Source of the DNA: Selaginella moellendorffii
Taxonomy: Eukaryota; Plantae; Lycopodiophyta
DNA length: 64,000 bases
Assembly (NCBI RefSeq): GCF_000143415.4
Contig: NW_003314274.1
Span: forward strand, 438,806 to 502,805
Direction of reading: 5' to 3'
Within the stretch, counting starts at the first letter, position 1. Each line of letters starts with the position of its first letter. The notes below the pieces were generated by a model. It was not told where the DNA came from. It saw only the letters and a program-made list of their open reading frames with translations, and made no database searches. Shown here one piece after another: positions 23,481-36,027 of the stretch. Position numbers and translations under genes: made by a program.

Positions 23481-26048
23481 ATGGAGAGTGTCGCAGACGA
23501 GCACGGCGATCGATCGCTCTCGAGCTTCTTGCATGCTGGTGAGATTTCTTTGCTGTGGCTTCCCTCCTGGTGCTCAAGATGCTGTGGCGATATTTCGTGC
23601 AGATCGGCTCGCCGCAGCTCAGGAGGAGAGTTTGGAGAAGGATTCCGAGGACGAGAGGAAAGGGAAGACCAAAATGGCGACCTTGAAAGCGATCGCCTCC
23701 AAGAAATTTAGATCTTCTCTCAAGAGAAGGGGGAAGAGGCGGCCGGACGCGAGGAGTCAATCCCTCTCGATTGAGGACATTCGCGACGCGGAAGAGGAGA
23801 CGTCGGTGGAAGCGTTTCGAGCAGCTTTGGCAGTGGAGAATCTTCTCCCGGCCGACCACGATGATTACTACACTCTTTTGAGGTAAGCCAAGCATCGCCG
23901 GCAAGTGCTGTTAAAAATCTCTCCCTGTGTAGATTTTTGAAAGCCAGGAGGTTCGATCTGGAGAAGGCCAAGCAAATGTGGGCCGATATGCTGCAATGGC
24001 GCAGGGAAAACGGTGTCGATACGATTGAAGAGGTCGGTGCCATCCATTTAAAAGCTTACGGCTGGTTCTCTTTAATGTTTTGTTCTTCTTCTTTGGACTG
24101 TCTAGGATTTCCATTTCAAAGAGCTGGAGGAAGTGAGGAAATACTATCCACAAGGCCACCATGGAGTGGACAAAGAAGGAAGGCCTGTATATATTGAGAG
24201 GATCGGGAAGGTGGAACCCAACAAGCTGATGCAAGTCACAACGCTTGAAAGATATTTGAAGTATCACGTGGTTGAGTTCGAGAGGACCATTAAGAAAAAG
24301 TTTCCTGCCTGCTCAGCGGCTGCTAAGCGGCACATCGACTCCACAACAACAATTTTGGACGTAGCTGGAGTGGTATGATGCACTTCTGTACTTACTTTTT
24401 CAAATCTTACTGCTTTGTCTGTACGTTTTTCCAGAGCTTAAAAAACTTCAGCAAGCCTGCAAGGGACCTTATTATCAATATTCAAAAGATTGACGGCGAT
24501 AACTATCCCGAGGTCAGCCTGCTCGTTGAACTCTATGCTTTTCTTCCTGAGTTTATGCGTTTATTATGCAGACATTGCATCGTATGTTTATTATAAATGC
24601 TGGTCCTGGATTTAAGCTTGTGTGGAACACCATACGGGGATTTTTAGATCCGAAAACAGCTACCAAAATATCTGTAAGCAGGCTGAATGGACACTGCAGT
24701 TTCACTTCATCAAGGCTCTTTTTCAGGTACTCGGAAACAAATTTCGCAGCAAGCTTCTGGAAGTTATTGATGCTAGGCAAGAGCTTTCTTTTATCAGTTT
24801 GCTCGCATAACTTACGCTTGTGTTAATCTCGACAGTCAGCTTCCTGACTTTTTGGGTGGAACTTGCATTTGCTCTGGGGATGGTGGATGTCTTCGTTCTG
24901 ATAAAGGTCCCTGGAAGGATCCTGCCATACTGAAGGTGTGTGTCAAATGTTGCTGACGAAGATGACGTCTTTTTTGTGAACTGCAGGCTGTAATGGAGGG
25001 GCATGTGAAGTTCGTAAGGCACGTTGTAACTGCTCCTAAACGAAATAATTTGCCTAGGGGAAAGGTTCGTTTGGTTTTATAGTCTGAAGGTTTTGAAGTA
25101 ACTTTAAATGGTTGTAGAGTCATGATCCTGATGTTTCAACAGCGGAGTCCGGATCAGATGGAGAATTAACATCCCCCACAAGAACACGCTCTTGCGATGT
25201 ACTAAAAGCGGTGTCGGAAGAGGTAGCGCGCCTATTTTCTTTACTTTTTTCCTTTTTGATTTGTTTTCTCGCAGGTGACTAGCAAGCCTGTAGACAATTC
25301 AGATTTGTTGGAGAGTTTTTCGATACTGGAGGATGGTGATATAGTTCCGATGGTTGATAAAGTGGTTGACAACGGCTATGTGAAGGAGAGTAACCGGATC
25401 ACGAAGACAGGTATGTGCTCATGATGAGTTTGCCCGGTTAATAAGCCTTCTTTTGTTTGCCACGCAGAACTATCCTCAAAGAACGAAACAAGGACCTTTC
25501 TACATTTTTGGGCTGCAGTAGCGTACATTTCTTTTTTCTTTCAGTGGGTGTGGAGCTACATCTGGAGAGCGTTCTCGCGCAATAACGAAGAGCTCTATGG
25601 TTTCAACAAGACGCAAAATCAAGAGCCTAGTATTACGGATGCTAGAGTGGTTTATGCTGTCCCTTCACCAGAGCTTGTGGACAAAATCATCTCGCCAAAA
25701 CTCAAAAAACGCATGGACAAGCTAGAAGAGAAAGTCACCGAGCTGTCGAAAAGTAAACAGCCTCCGGAAGAGATACCTGATGCTACTGCCGAACGAATTA
25801 AGACGCTTGAAGCAGAAGTAGCGGAGGCAAGAAAAGTAAGAATGATATTTCCCAGTGTTTTGACTGGACTTATTATCTCCTATTTTTTTGTTTTCCCAGG
25901 CGCTCAAGGCTGTCCAGGAAGAACTCTACAATTGCTTAGAGCAGCTGAATGAATTTAGGTGGCTGGTAAGTAATATCACGGCAGCTGTGAGGCTTGAGAT
26001 TGGTTTAAGTTTACCTTATTTGTGCAGAGACGACCGAGGTGGTGTTGA
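23481..26048 (+). CDS. Sec14-like phosphatidylinositol/phosphatidylcholine transfer protein (SFH, Sec14-nodulin type), multi-exon
   Basis: [51 protein letters not shown]; C-terminal coiled coil ending ..RRPRWC*. Confidence 0.92.
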
Positions 26049-26607
26049 GCTCGTATATATTGAGCGTATATATTCTCTTGTAAGAAAGGCACACTTATGT
26101 CCATAAGAAGTAATTTAAGCTTCCTGTCCACTCTGGTACGTGTATTTTTACAGCTTGTGTCTTTAAATTCCTGCCTTCCTTTTGCACTAGCGACAGAAGC
26201 TTAAACATTCAGAAGCAGTAAAAAGCCCTGAATTAACCCCTCGAAACAGTTACTTAGGCAATGATTGGAACTACAAACCCAGCTTGAGGTACTTCAGGTA
26301 CGTTCTCTCCTTTGTTTCTACTTCCAATGAGTTTGCCCTGTGTTTGTAGCTGCGTAGGCGTAATTTTATGATCCTCCACAGCGGTGCAGAAAGCCACAAG
26401 CTGACTGCATAACTACCAGGAACGCATTTAGTTTTTCAAGTAGTGTTCAGGCCGTGCGCATTTACTGCCTCAAAGGTACGTCATGTATATTGTACGTCCG
26501 AGACTAACAATCCCTTTGGCAGGAATGCATTCAAACAGTAAAATGTCGCCAGACAATGAGGTTGGTGTCCATTTTCTGCTTTTATGATTTACTGGCTGGC
26601 AATGCCT

Positions 26608-28407
26608 TTACCGTTGTTTTCGTCCAACCTTTAGCCTCCTGATCGGCCAACACTCGTTACTGTTTGAGCTTTCTTCTTCCTCGTCTGTCGTCACCGCCCT
26701 GCATTGCAACTCTATGTATTTGTTCTTGTGTGATCTTACTTCATGCACCAGATGCTCTGAGTCTCGTATGTACGATTTGAGCCTGCTTTTGTACTTGGCA
26801 CCTGAGGCATTGGGTTGCAGCTTGTCTTGCGCTTCTTTTTGTAAGCTTTCCAGCGCGGCAAGTATTGCCTCGTGATGGTCTCTTGTGCCCATAGCATTCA
26901 GCTGCTTGTCCTCGTCTAATATATCTCCAATTGGTGAGTTCAGGTAATAGCCATCTGGAACTGCATCCGGAGGATCTCCAATCGTGAGGACGTTTTTGAG
27001 CGCTATGAGGTAATTGCATATCTTCTTGAAAGTTGGTCGGATTTCCGGTCTGCCGTGCCAGCAACACTGCAAAAACAGAGATAGGCACCTTGGAAAGCCA
27101 GGTGGTAGAATTGGTCTGAGATTGTTGTCCTTAACCCGGAGGAAGAATCCGGCTGCCGGGTAAGAGCAGCCTTCGAATGGCACCTTGCCGGTGAAGATCT
27201 CGTAGCAAGTCATACCAAAGCTGTAAACGTCTGCCTTTTTCCTGCTTGCATTCTTTTCTTCGTTCCATATTTCTGGAGCCATGAAGTTTACTGTCCCGCC
27301 CCTCCTGACTGGGACCTTGGTCTGTGCACTTTTGAGTTTCGTCTCTGATAGTCCAAAGTCACTGAGCTTGGCAGTGTAAAAGCTGCATTCGTTGCTTGGA
27401 AGATTGATAAGTATGTTGGCTGTCTTGAGATCAAGGTGGCTCACGTCGTTTGCGTGAAGAAACTCCATGCCTCTGGCAATCTGGAGAACGATATCGACAG
27501 CCACGTCCATCTCGAAGGGAGGTCCTGGTTTGATCTGTACTATGTCCTTGATGAGATTGTGGAGGTCGCGCTTCATTCTTTCCATGAGGAGAACGTAAGG
27601 ACCTTCCTTGGATCGCTGGGTATAGCCTACCATTTTCACTATGTTGGGGTGCCTCAGATAAAACAGAGCTTGTAGCTCTCTTTCCGAGCTCGGGTCCTGC
27701 ACAGCATAAGCTTTGGTCGCGACCGTCCTTCCCAGCCATGTAGCCTCGTAGACGTATGCGTAGGATCCTTCTCCAATGAGCTTACCTTGAATCACTTTCT
27801 CTGGATTGCGAAACAGGTACTTTGGCAGCGGGAGCTCCTGCGAACGCTTGTTCTCCACCTCCGCCAAGAGGTACCTCCCGAGCTCGATCTTGTTCACGTC
27901 GGTCTCTTTATCTTCCAACTTCGCCGCTACTCTTTTCAGATCTTTCTGGTCCATGTTCGCTGCTGCCTTGAGCTCCTGCCTCTCCGATTCCGGCCACTCC
28001 CAAGCATGCGGCGCAGGCCTCAACGTACCTTTACTCACCGAGACCTTGAGCTTTAGAAAGTAGACGCACTGACTAAGCTCTTGCAGGATGATCTGGAACT
28101 TGAGCTTGTGCTCCTTCTTGAGCACGGCGTGCCAGAGCCAGTCGGGGCTGGAGCAGCGGTGGAGTAAAAACTGTGCGCGGTCCATGACCCTGTCAATCTG
28201 GGCGATGGTCGGCTTGCAGTCCTCCAGGAGCCCCGGTTTGAAGTCGATCATATCCAGCAGGTACTTGTGTAGTTTCTCCACTCTCTCAATCAGGTAGGCG
28301 CACTGCTTGGGTGCCAATTTTCTAACCTCGCTTTTACTATCGCAGATCCTCTTGGCCTTGTTTAGGACCGGAGGCAAGCTTGCGACGACCACTACTTCGC
28401 TGCCCAT
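26608..28407 (-). CDS. Intronless protein kinase (TKL-like) with N-terminal MLKL/HeLo-like helical domain
   Basis: GEGSY, VATK, HLDLKTAN, DFG, GTVNFMAPE, DVYSFG. N-terminal ~170-aa helical region with KQCAYLIERV. Confidence 0.88.
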   Translation of the reverse strand: MGSEVVVVASLPPVLNKAKRICDSKSEVRKLAPKQCAYLIERVEKLHKYLLDMIDFKPGLLEDCKPTIAQIDRVMDRAQFLLHRCSSPDWLWHAVLKKEHKLKFQIILQELSQCVYFLKLKVSVSKGTLRPAPHAWEWPESERQELKAAANMDQKDLKRVAAKLEDKETDVNKIELGRYLLAEVENKRSQELPLPKYLFRNPEKVIQGKLIGEGSYAYVYEATWLGRTVATKAYAVQDPSSERELQALFYLRHPNIVKMVGYTQRSKEGPYVLLMERMKRDLHNLIKDIVQIKPGPPFEMDVAVDIVLQIARGMEFLHANDVSHLDLKTANILINLPSNECSFYTAKLSDFGLSETKLKSAQTKVPVRRGGTVNFMAPEIWNEEKNASRKKADVYSFGMTCYEIFTGKVPFEGCSYPAAGFFLRVKDNNLRPILPPGFPRCLSLFLQCCWHGRPEIRPTFKKICNYLIALKNVLTIGDPPDAVPDGYYLNSPIGDILDEDKQLNAMGTRDHHEAILAALESLQKEAQDKLQPNASGAKYKSRLKSYIRDSEHLVHEVRSHKNKYIELQCRAVTTDEEEESSNSNECWPIRRLKVGRKQR

Positions 28408-28755
28408 GTCCACTCAATGCTTGGTAGAGTCCCCGTTTTTTCACGTATAAATTCCCACTCGCTCGAACAAGATACAAGCTTGAAACGCGTCGAGGGGATG
28501 CGTGTGGAGCACATCCTGCGGGACGAAGTTTCTTAGTGTGACGCGCCCCTCGTCGTGGCATGGCTGAAAGTTCTTCGTCGTCTTGGATTCTTCTGAATCT
28601 TCTCCTCTTTCTACTAGCGTCAGAAACATCGAAAATTCGTCCATTGTTTGTACCTTGTGTCCTAAAACTTAGCTTTTTCGAATTAAAAGAAAAGGTGGTA
28701 AAAAATGAAAGAATTTAGCATGATGTGCAGAAAAAAGAGCCAGCGAGATTACTAG

Positions 28756-30438
28756 CTAGTTACTGTCATGACCATTGCCGTTTTCGATCTCCCCTAGCAA
28801 GCAATTAGTGGCGGCGGTCGAAATGGTGGAAGTAGAATTAGTAGTGGCAAGAATCTCGGACGAGGGCTGTGGATGTACCTTGACTCTCAAACCGAACGAC
28901 GAGGACGACAAGTCCGGCTTGCTCTCGTGCTGCTGCTGATCGTCGTTGTCCCCGGCCGCGTTGAATTGCTGGAGCTGCGATCGCAGCTCGTCTTGCTGCT
29001 GGAGCACCATTTGCCTCAGCCGCTGGAGCTCCCTCGTGAGTGCCTCGTTTTGAGCTAGATCATCCAAAGTGAAAGGAAAGAGAGCTTTGAGCTCGTGACT
29101 ATAAACCCGGAAAAGAAGGAACTCACTGACCATCTTTGAAGCATTTGTCTTGTATGAGCGATGTTATCCGCTGCTTTATCGAGTTGTTGTCCACGTTTAG
29201 CAGGATCCTCTGGTGATCCAGGAAAGCGACTTGGGGCGTTAGCGCGGATACCTCCGCCTGGAAAAACAGAGACAAGGCGACATTAACAAAATGGTTAGCA
29301 CACTCCAGAGCTTGACAAAACAAAGAAAACAACACCCTGCCCTGTGGAGACTAAAAGCTATTATCAATCCCTGATCACTTAACTATCAAGCAGTACGTCC
29401 AAACATGTCTACTTCTGCCGCAGAGCCGCAGAGAGATATAAACTACGATGGCAAAGGAAGAGGGAAAGAGAAAAGGAAAGCAGGAAGTTCACATGCCTGC
29501 AATGCAGTCACACTCCTTTCAAGTTCAGCAATATACTGTAGTTTCCGTACGCGGGACCGCTGAGCCGATTGCCTGTTCGCCAGAATTCTGGAAGAAAACA
29601 CCAAGCAAGGATTTAAGCCAATGATCAGCTGCTTGGAACTTTGAAACTACCGTTTGGCTCGTTTGGGATCCATATTCGGGTCGATGTGTGATGACGCAGT
29701 CGGTTGCTTGGCACCCACTGTAGTGGCAATGGTCATGCTACCTGGAGCTTCGCTCGCATTCACACTTTGGACCTCGTCTGGCTCGGTTTTGGGGCAGCTC
29801 AATGGTCCCGGCCGCCCGTCTTCAGTGGACATATCGTTACCACTGTTGCTATCGGAGGGAGAGGTGGTCGCGTCCGGCGGAGCTTGCTTCTTCTCCTCCC
29901 TCGCGGCGGCGCCACTGTGGTGGTTTCCATTCCCCCCTGACGAAGAGGAGCAGATGAGCCCTGCCGGTCTGGATCTCTGCGATACCTCCGAGCCTCCGAC
30001 ACTGCTAAACATGGACACGATCTGCTCGGCTTCGTCGAGCCGCTCGAAGTCTGAAGCTCTCGAGGAGGACAAGTAGCTCCTGTCGGAGAACTCGTCGTCT
30101 CGCTTAAACTCGTCGGGGAGTGATCTGCTCGAGCTCGGATCGGGGAGGTCCAGGAATGCAGCAGTGTCGCTTGCGGAGCGCCGGTGGTGTATCTTCCTGG
30201 CTGAAGCTTCCGGAGAGTCGAGCATGTCGTCGATCCAGGACTGTGGAGTGAGCTGCGGGACGAAGCCTGCCGATGGTGTTCGCTGGTGATGGATTTTACT
30301 ACTGCTGCCATTGCTGCTGCGGCCGGAGGAGAATCCAGCGGCTTCCACGGCTCCCGAAGGGCTTTTCGGTGGTAGGCTGGAATTGAGAAACTGTACCCAG
30401 TTCACGAATCTCCCGTCTCCCTGATTGGAATTCGCCAT
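28756..30438 (-). CDS. bZIP transcription factor (group E, bZIP34/61-like), 4 coding exons
   Basis: LPPKSP, HHQRTPS, HRRSASD, DPKRAKR|ILANRQSAQRSRVRKLQYIAELER, KD|AQNEAL. Confidence 0.92.
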
Positions 30439-30937
30439 GAGCTCCACAGCGCTACGCACGAGAGCTGCATGGGAGAAGAAGAGAAAGAGTAAGCTACATT
30501 GCCGATTACGAGCGAGAAAACGAAAGATAAAAAAGAAGAGAGCTTTGCTTACCTTTCAAGCAAGAAAGTTCCAAGATCTCTATGCGTCTCAACAAATCCA
30601 CCCGCGCTTCCCAGCTCCTGCGTGCATGCATTCAATCAGCAACAAGGACGTCCTCCTGCAAGTTCCGTGCCGTGTCTTCGCTTCTCGGCCGATCATCAGC
30701 GTCCGAGAAAACTCTATCTACGCCGTGCACAGCCGCGGCCGGGGAGACGGAACCGAGCAACGTAATTCTTGGTGTTTGGTTTCGTGTCGAGAGCGCGGCC
30801 AAAGCTTGCAAGCGCCTTCCACCATCAATTCGTTATCAGCAACAACAAATGCTGCCGCGGCCCAGAGCTAGCATAGAGTACTGAAAGGAGCCAAACCAGC
30901 AGCTTCCCTCCATTCCATTCCATCCGCTTCCAAAACC

Positions 30938-31005
30938 CAGTAGCAGCAGTAGCAGCAGCAGCACCAGGAGCAGCGGCAGCAGTCGCAGTAGCAGTAGTAG
31001 CAGAA
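30938..31005. repeat. (GCA/GTA)n microsatellite upstream of bZIP
   Basis: Visible trinucleotide run. Confidence 0.75.
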
Positions 31006-33130
31006 CAGCGCTGCCAGTGACGACGGACTGCTGGAAGAACGCTACGATAAAAGATTATTTGCTGCTGCTCAGGCCGCTGGATGACCACATGTAGTTTTCA
31101 GGACCTCTGTGCGCAGCAAAGAAAGTTGAGGGCAGCCCAGCCACAGCACACTGCCCAGAGCTTCCTTTTTCTCCCTTCCTTCCTTTTTTTTTTCTATCGT
31201 CGTCGTCACCACTATTACTACTACTAACTAAGCCTCCTTGTTCCACCACCTGTGTCTTGAAAACTAAAGAAGAAAACTTTGCCCGGAAGAAACCCCGTGT
31301 TCCAGAAACGTGAGACGTGAATGAATGATCCCAGCGGCGGCCGAGAAGAAGAAGAAGAAAGTAGCGATGATCGCAGTGGTGATGGCTGGCAGAGAGGAAA
31401 TGGAGGAAATTATCTGGGTGACTTTAAACCTCTTGGAGAGCTTTCACTCGCATCGCGCCAAGGGGAGTCGGCGGCTGCTAAGCTGCGAACATTTGATGAG
31501 CGAGCGGACTAGTTCGTCGTCGTCGTCGTCTTCTCTTCGCTTTCCATTCAACATAGTAGGACAAGGAAGATCTCCTCCCTCCTCGTCGTCTTCTTCACTG
31601 TTCTTGCTTTCTTGCTCGAAACCCTGTGCTGCTGTTGTTCGCCTTCTTTCTTGGAGATCTGTCGGCTTCACGGCGATTGATTGGAGAAGGACTGCTGCCA
31701 ATCTCGCATTTACGCGGCACATGTCTCCATTTCGATCCCTCGCCTCGCTCTACCTTTGAAGAAAGCGCCGCTCGCTCGATATTACGATGGATTTCGCGGC
31801 CGCGCTGGAAGATTCTTCCGATTCCTGTGTGATCCTGCCCTTCCCTGCCCGATCGGATCACTGCGGGAGCTGCGCGATGCCGATTTGAGTCTCTAGACGC
31901 CGGATTTTCCAAGAACCAGGCGCGCGCCTCGGAAATTCACCGCGGCGAGGAGGAGAGACGCCATGGCAGTGGAATCTGAGCTCGACAAGGGAGAAACACC
32001 GCAAATTTCCAAGAACTTCACACAAACCCCGGGACCAATCGATGCATTGGACACACTGCCACTCGCACCGGACAAGCGCTCGTCACCGATCCATCGCGCT
32101 ATCGAGAAAGGAAGAGAAAAAGAGAGTAACATTCAAGCGCAAGCCTCCCTCCGCTCTACTGGCTGGCCATTCCATTCTACAATAAAACAGTGGCCATTCC
32201 GATGCAGGGATCCACGGCTGCGATCCTTCCACGCGTCGCCACCGGACTTGTCCCACGTATCCAGATGACCGGCCAAAAAGCCACCACGTGTCAGCATTGT
32301 CAGAAATGGCATGTGCTTCAAACGTCGCTAGTTTTCAGGCCGGACGCTGTCTGACTGCCTATATCTGGGGGCATGTTTTACCGAACAACAAACAGCCAAA
32401 TCAGCCTTAGCTCTAATTGGTCATGACGTAAGCGCTGTTGACCACCGGTCGTCGGCGCGGGGTAAAAAGCGTGGCTGGCACGGGTGAAAACAGAATGCCC
32501 TTGTGTAACTTCTCCAACGGCCTAGACTCCCCCCTGCGCTAACAACCGACGTGCAAGATTTCACGACGGATTCTGAGACGTATAGCTACGACTGTACTTC
32601 GTAGAGGAGCACGTTCCGGTGCATGATTCCATATGATTCGCGTTTAATCTATTTAAAAAGGTGGCAGGCTTGGCACATGATAAAAGAAGTCTTTTCTAGT
32701 CCTGTTGTCCACCTGATTTAATCAACTAACTGGATTCTATTAATCTACTGGAGGATCTAACATGGCTGTGGATTTGCAATGGTCAGGGGGATCTTTGTAC
32801 TTAGAATAGTGGCTAACAAACCAGGCCATGATGTGACACAGTGGTCACTCTAAAGTCCCCTTAGCTGGTGTTGAGCTGGGGAGCAAATGCCAGTGTGCCA
32901 CACTACCTCCTCAAAAAATTTGTTCCTTTGATTAAGTTGTAGTGTAATCAGAAGAACCTTGTGGAAAAAAAGCTATCATACTTACTTAGACTAAATGCAA
33001 TGAAGAAAGTATCGCTTTTGTGCTGCTTAGTGCCTGCATTTGTGACAAAGCACGACAGGCTATCAAAATCAAAGCCAAAGATAATCAAAAGAGAATGGAC
33101 TTGCTTACAATTAAGATGTGCTCTCTCATC

Positions 33131-34622
33131 TCATCCCCTGACGATGTATCTGTAGTGAACCAGCTTTTTCTTTTTCGCGGCAGAGTTGTCAATGGTGAGC
33201 AGCAGCGAACCTGGCGATTTTGTCTTGAACGTGTTGCAAATGCCATCATTTCCTACGAGCTCTCCCTCTCCCTGAAATTCTTGCGCTGAGATCTTTCTCG
33301 GCTTTTCCACAATAACCGTGTAGCCTCCTTCCGTAGAGGGGGTGAATTCCGCGCCATAGCTCACATCCCATCCTAGAACCGAGAGCTCCCAAGAGACTTC
33401 GTCGCCCTGTAGCAAAAGCAAAGGAATAAACAAAAGCATGAGTACTCACTCCACTGTCAAAGCTTCGATCCATTCACCTCGTTTATTTGGATCTCGATTA
33501 TAAGCATGGAGCCGGCTTTCACGCAGGATTCCGTGATCGTTGCCTTCGCATTCCTGAAGAGCTCATCGTTTGCCTTTCCGAGTCCTCCATACTGGACTGG
33601 AACATTTTCCGGAGAGATGGCCCTGGCAGTCGAGGTTTTCAAGTCAGCAGACTTCACTGTTTTTATCAAAATGAATCACTGAAGCAAAGCTTACGCGAAC
33701 AAAGCCTCGGGTGTTTTTCGTTTGGTTGCGACCGAGATCTTGTCCTTTGACCGTTGTGTCAAGAACGGACTGATCATGACGTATAAAGCGTTGTAGTACC
33801 ACGGAACATTGACAAGCATCTGGCAAGACAAAAATGAAAAACAGAACGAAGAAATGAATGCACTACCAGCTTTGAAACGAGCTCCGGATAGTTGTCTGAA
33901 AAAAGCTGTATAGTGTCGAGAAGCGCGGCCCTCGCCTTCTTCTTCATCGAGAAGTTCTTGAGATCGATCACCTGGACCATGCTGGAGACGCCCCGAGGAT
34001 CAAAATCCAGGAGCTTGATCCCATCCTCCATGAGTTTCACTCTCCACCTCAAGAGCTTCTCAAACCCGTCCTGGCCATCCAAAAGCTCTTGATACATCCC
34101 AGAGTCGACGATGTTGTAGCACACGGGATGGCCGCCCTTGTCACAGCCATAGTAGAAGCCTGTGCTCTTAATCCCAGCCTCAATCTCCTCTCCCAGAAAA
34201 CCCCCATCGCAGCCAAAGCGCTTCCTCCAGCTCACAGTGTTCTTGAGCATTCCCACGGCCACATCGACCTTGAACTCCCGGGCGCGCAGGAACTTGAGCA
34301 TCACGACGTCGGCGGCGCCGCTCCCATCCAAGAGAGGGATTCCCCAAAGAGTGATCCCCGAATCGGACGAATCGATGCCCGCCGGTGCGGCGGCGGGAGG
34401 AGGATCATCGCCCTGCTCGGTGGCGCCGGCATTTCCAGCGCTAGGGATCGAAAACTCACCGGCCTTGGCCGCCGCCGCGATGGCGAGCTTGAAATCCGCG
34501 AGCGCCTGCTGCTCAGCCTCGCCGAGCTCCGCAATAATGTAGCTCTCTGACGATCTCGCCTTCTCTTCTTCCATTCGCATTCTCTCGGGCAATGTGGCCG
34601 CTCTCTGGCATTCAAGGGCCAT
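33131..34622 (-). CDS. PATL: Patellin (CRAL-TRIO + GOLD domains), multi-exon
   Basis: LWGIPLL, KFLRAREFKV, DNYPELV, VPVQYGGL, WELSVLGWDVSYGAEF, IDNSAAKKKKLVHYRY. Confidence 0.92.
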
Positions 34623-36027
34623 ATCTCACAGGACCGTTGAGCCGCAAAATATTAGGGTAAAGGGTTATCGGCTAATAATGGTAAAATGTTAAACCTAAAT
34701 AACTTTTTGCATTATTCTAAGCTTTTCGGGAAAAAATTTAGGCTTACTAATTAATTTCAATTTTGGAATAACTTATAAATTCTGAACTAGTTTTACCCTT
34801 CAAAAACATATTGTAAAATTATACAATATAAAAATTAGAAATTAAATTTTTATATAAATATAAAATTAAATGAAAATTGTTTTCTTGTAAAATTAACTAA
34901 AATATTATTTTATTTTCTACATATATAAATCAATTAGGGCATGTATTTTAACCGTGTTAAAAAATTAATGTATAACAGTTTTCTAAAGTCAAATTTGTAT
35001 GTAAGATGTAATATTAAAATTTATAAAAATAATTTGCAAAACAATTCATAAAAATAATTAAATAATCAGTAAAAATTATTAATTAATATATGTTAATTCA
35101 ATTATTAATATTATTAATTTGTGGCTTGATACTATCAGCTTATGACATAAAAAATGTTTTAATTAATCATTGTTAACATTTTTTTTATTGTGTAAAAGCA
35201 CTAACATGCTAGCTCAATATTATATATTGACTGCAAAGATATTGTAAATTCATATCTATTTTATTACAAAAAAAATATTCTTAAAATGCTTCCAATTTTA
35301 ACTTTAGTACTATATTTTATTTCACTTTTAATCTCATAATGCATTTATCATTTTCCATTTGTTTATATGGAAATTAAGTAACTTTTACAATGTGCTGAAT
35401 TAAAAATGTTTTAGAAAAAATTTAGTTCATAAAAAACTATAACAAATAAAATGTAATTATATCAATAAAATCTAAAATCTAAAAAAGCTAATGATTGCTT
35501 ATATAACATTAAAATTTAATTTATAAGGTCTAAATGTACTACTACAATGTCATATACTAATATTAGCATAGTGAAAATTTGATTGCCATTAGATTGGTTT
35601 TAATTAGGACCACTTACTTTTATATATAAGCTATAGTTTTTAGGCTAATTAATATATATATTTTTGTATTTCATTTTTATATTCTATACACTCATATTGG
35701 TGAAGTTCAAAAGAAACTTTAATTATGTTTGAAGAGTGCCATGAATGTGCAAGTATTGAAAGTTATCTGTTAGCTAGTCCTTTTATATATTCTTTTCTTA
35801 CTGGCTGGAGGTCAATATTGTTAGACCCTTTATCAATTCCTCTTGTACAAAAGCAAACTTGATTTACCATCTATACTTAGCCAAATGAGCATAAAGAAAG
35901 AATTCTTAAATTTTTATTTAGCCAAACATACTTGGCCTAGCTTGTTAATTCTCTTTTGTTCTGTTTTGCATTGGCTTAACAAGAACTTATGATATTGACC
36001 TTGAGCCTTTAATACTTACTAGGTGAT

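Noticed and set aside
31321-32320. Several overlapping short ORFs between bZIP and patellin
   Set aside because: Low-complexity GC-rich sequence with no recognisable protein motif.
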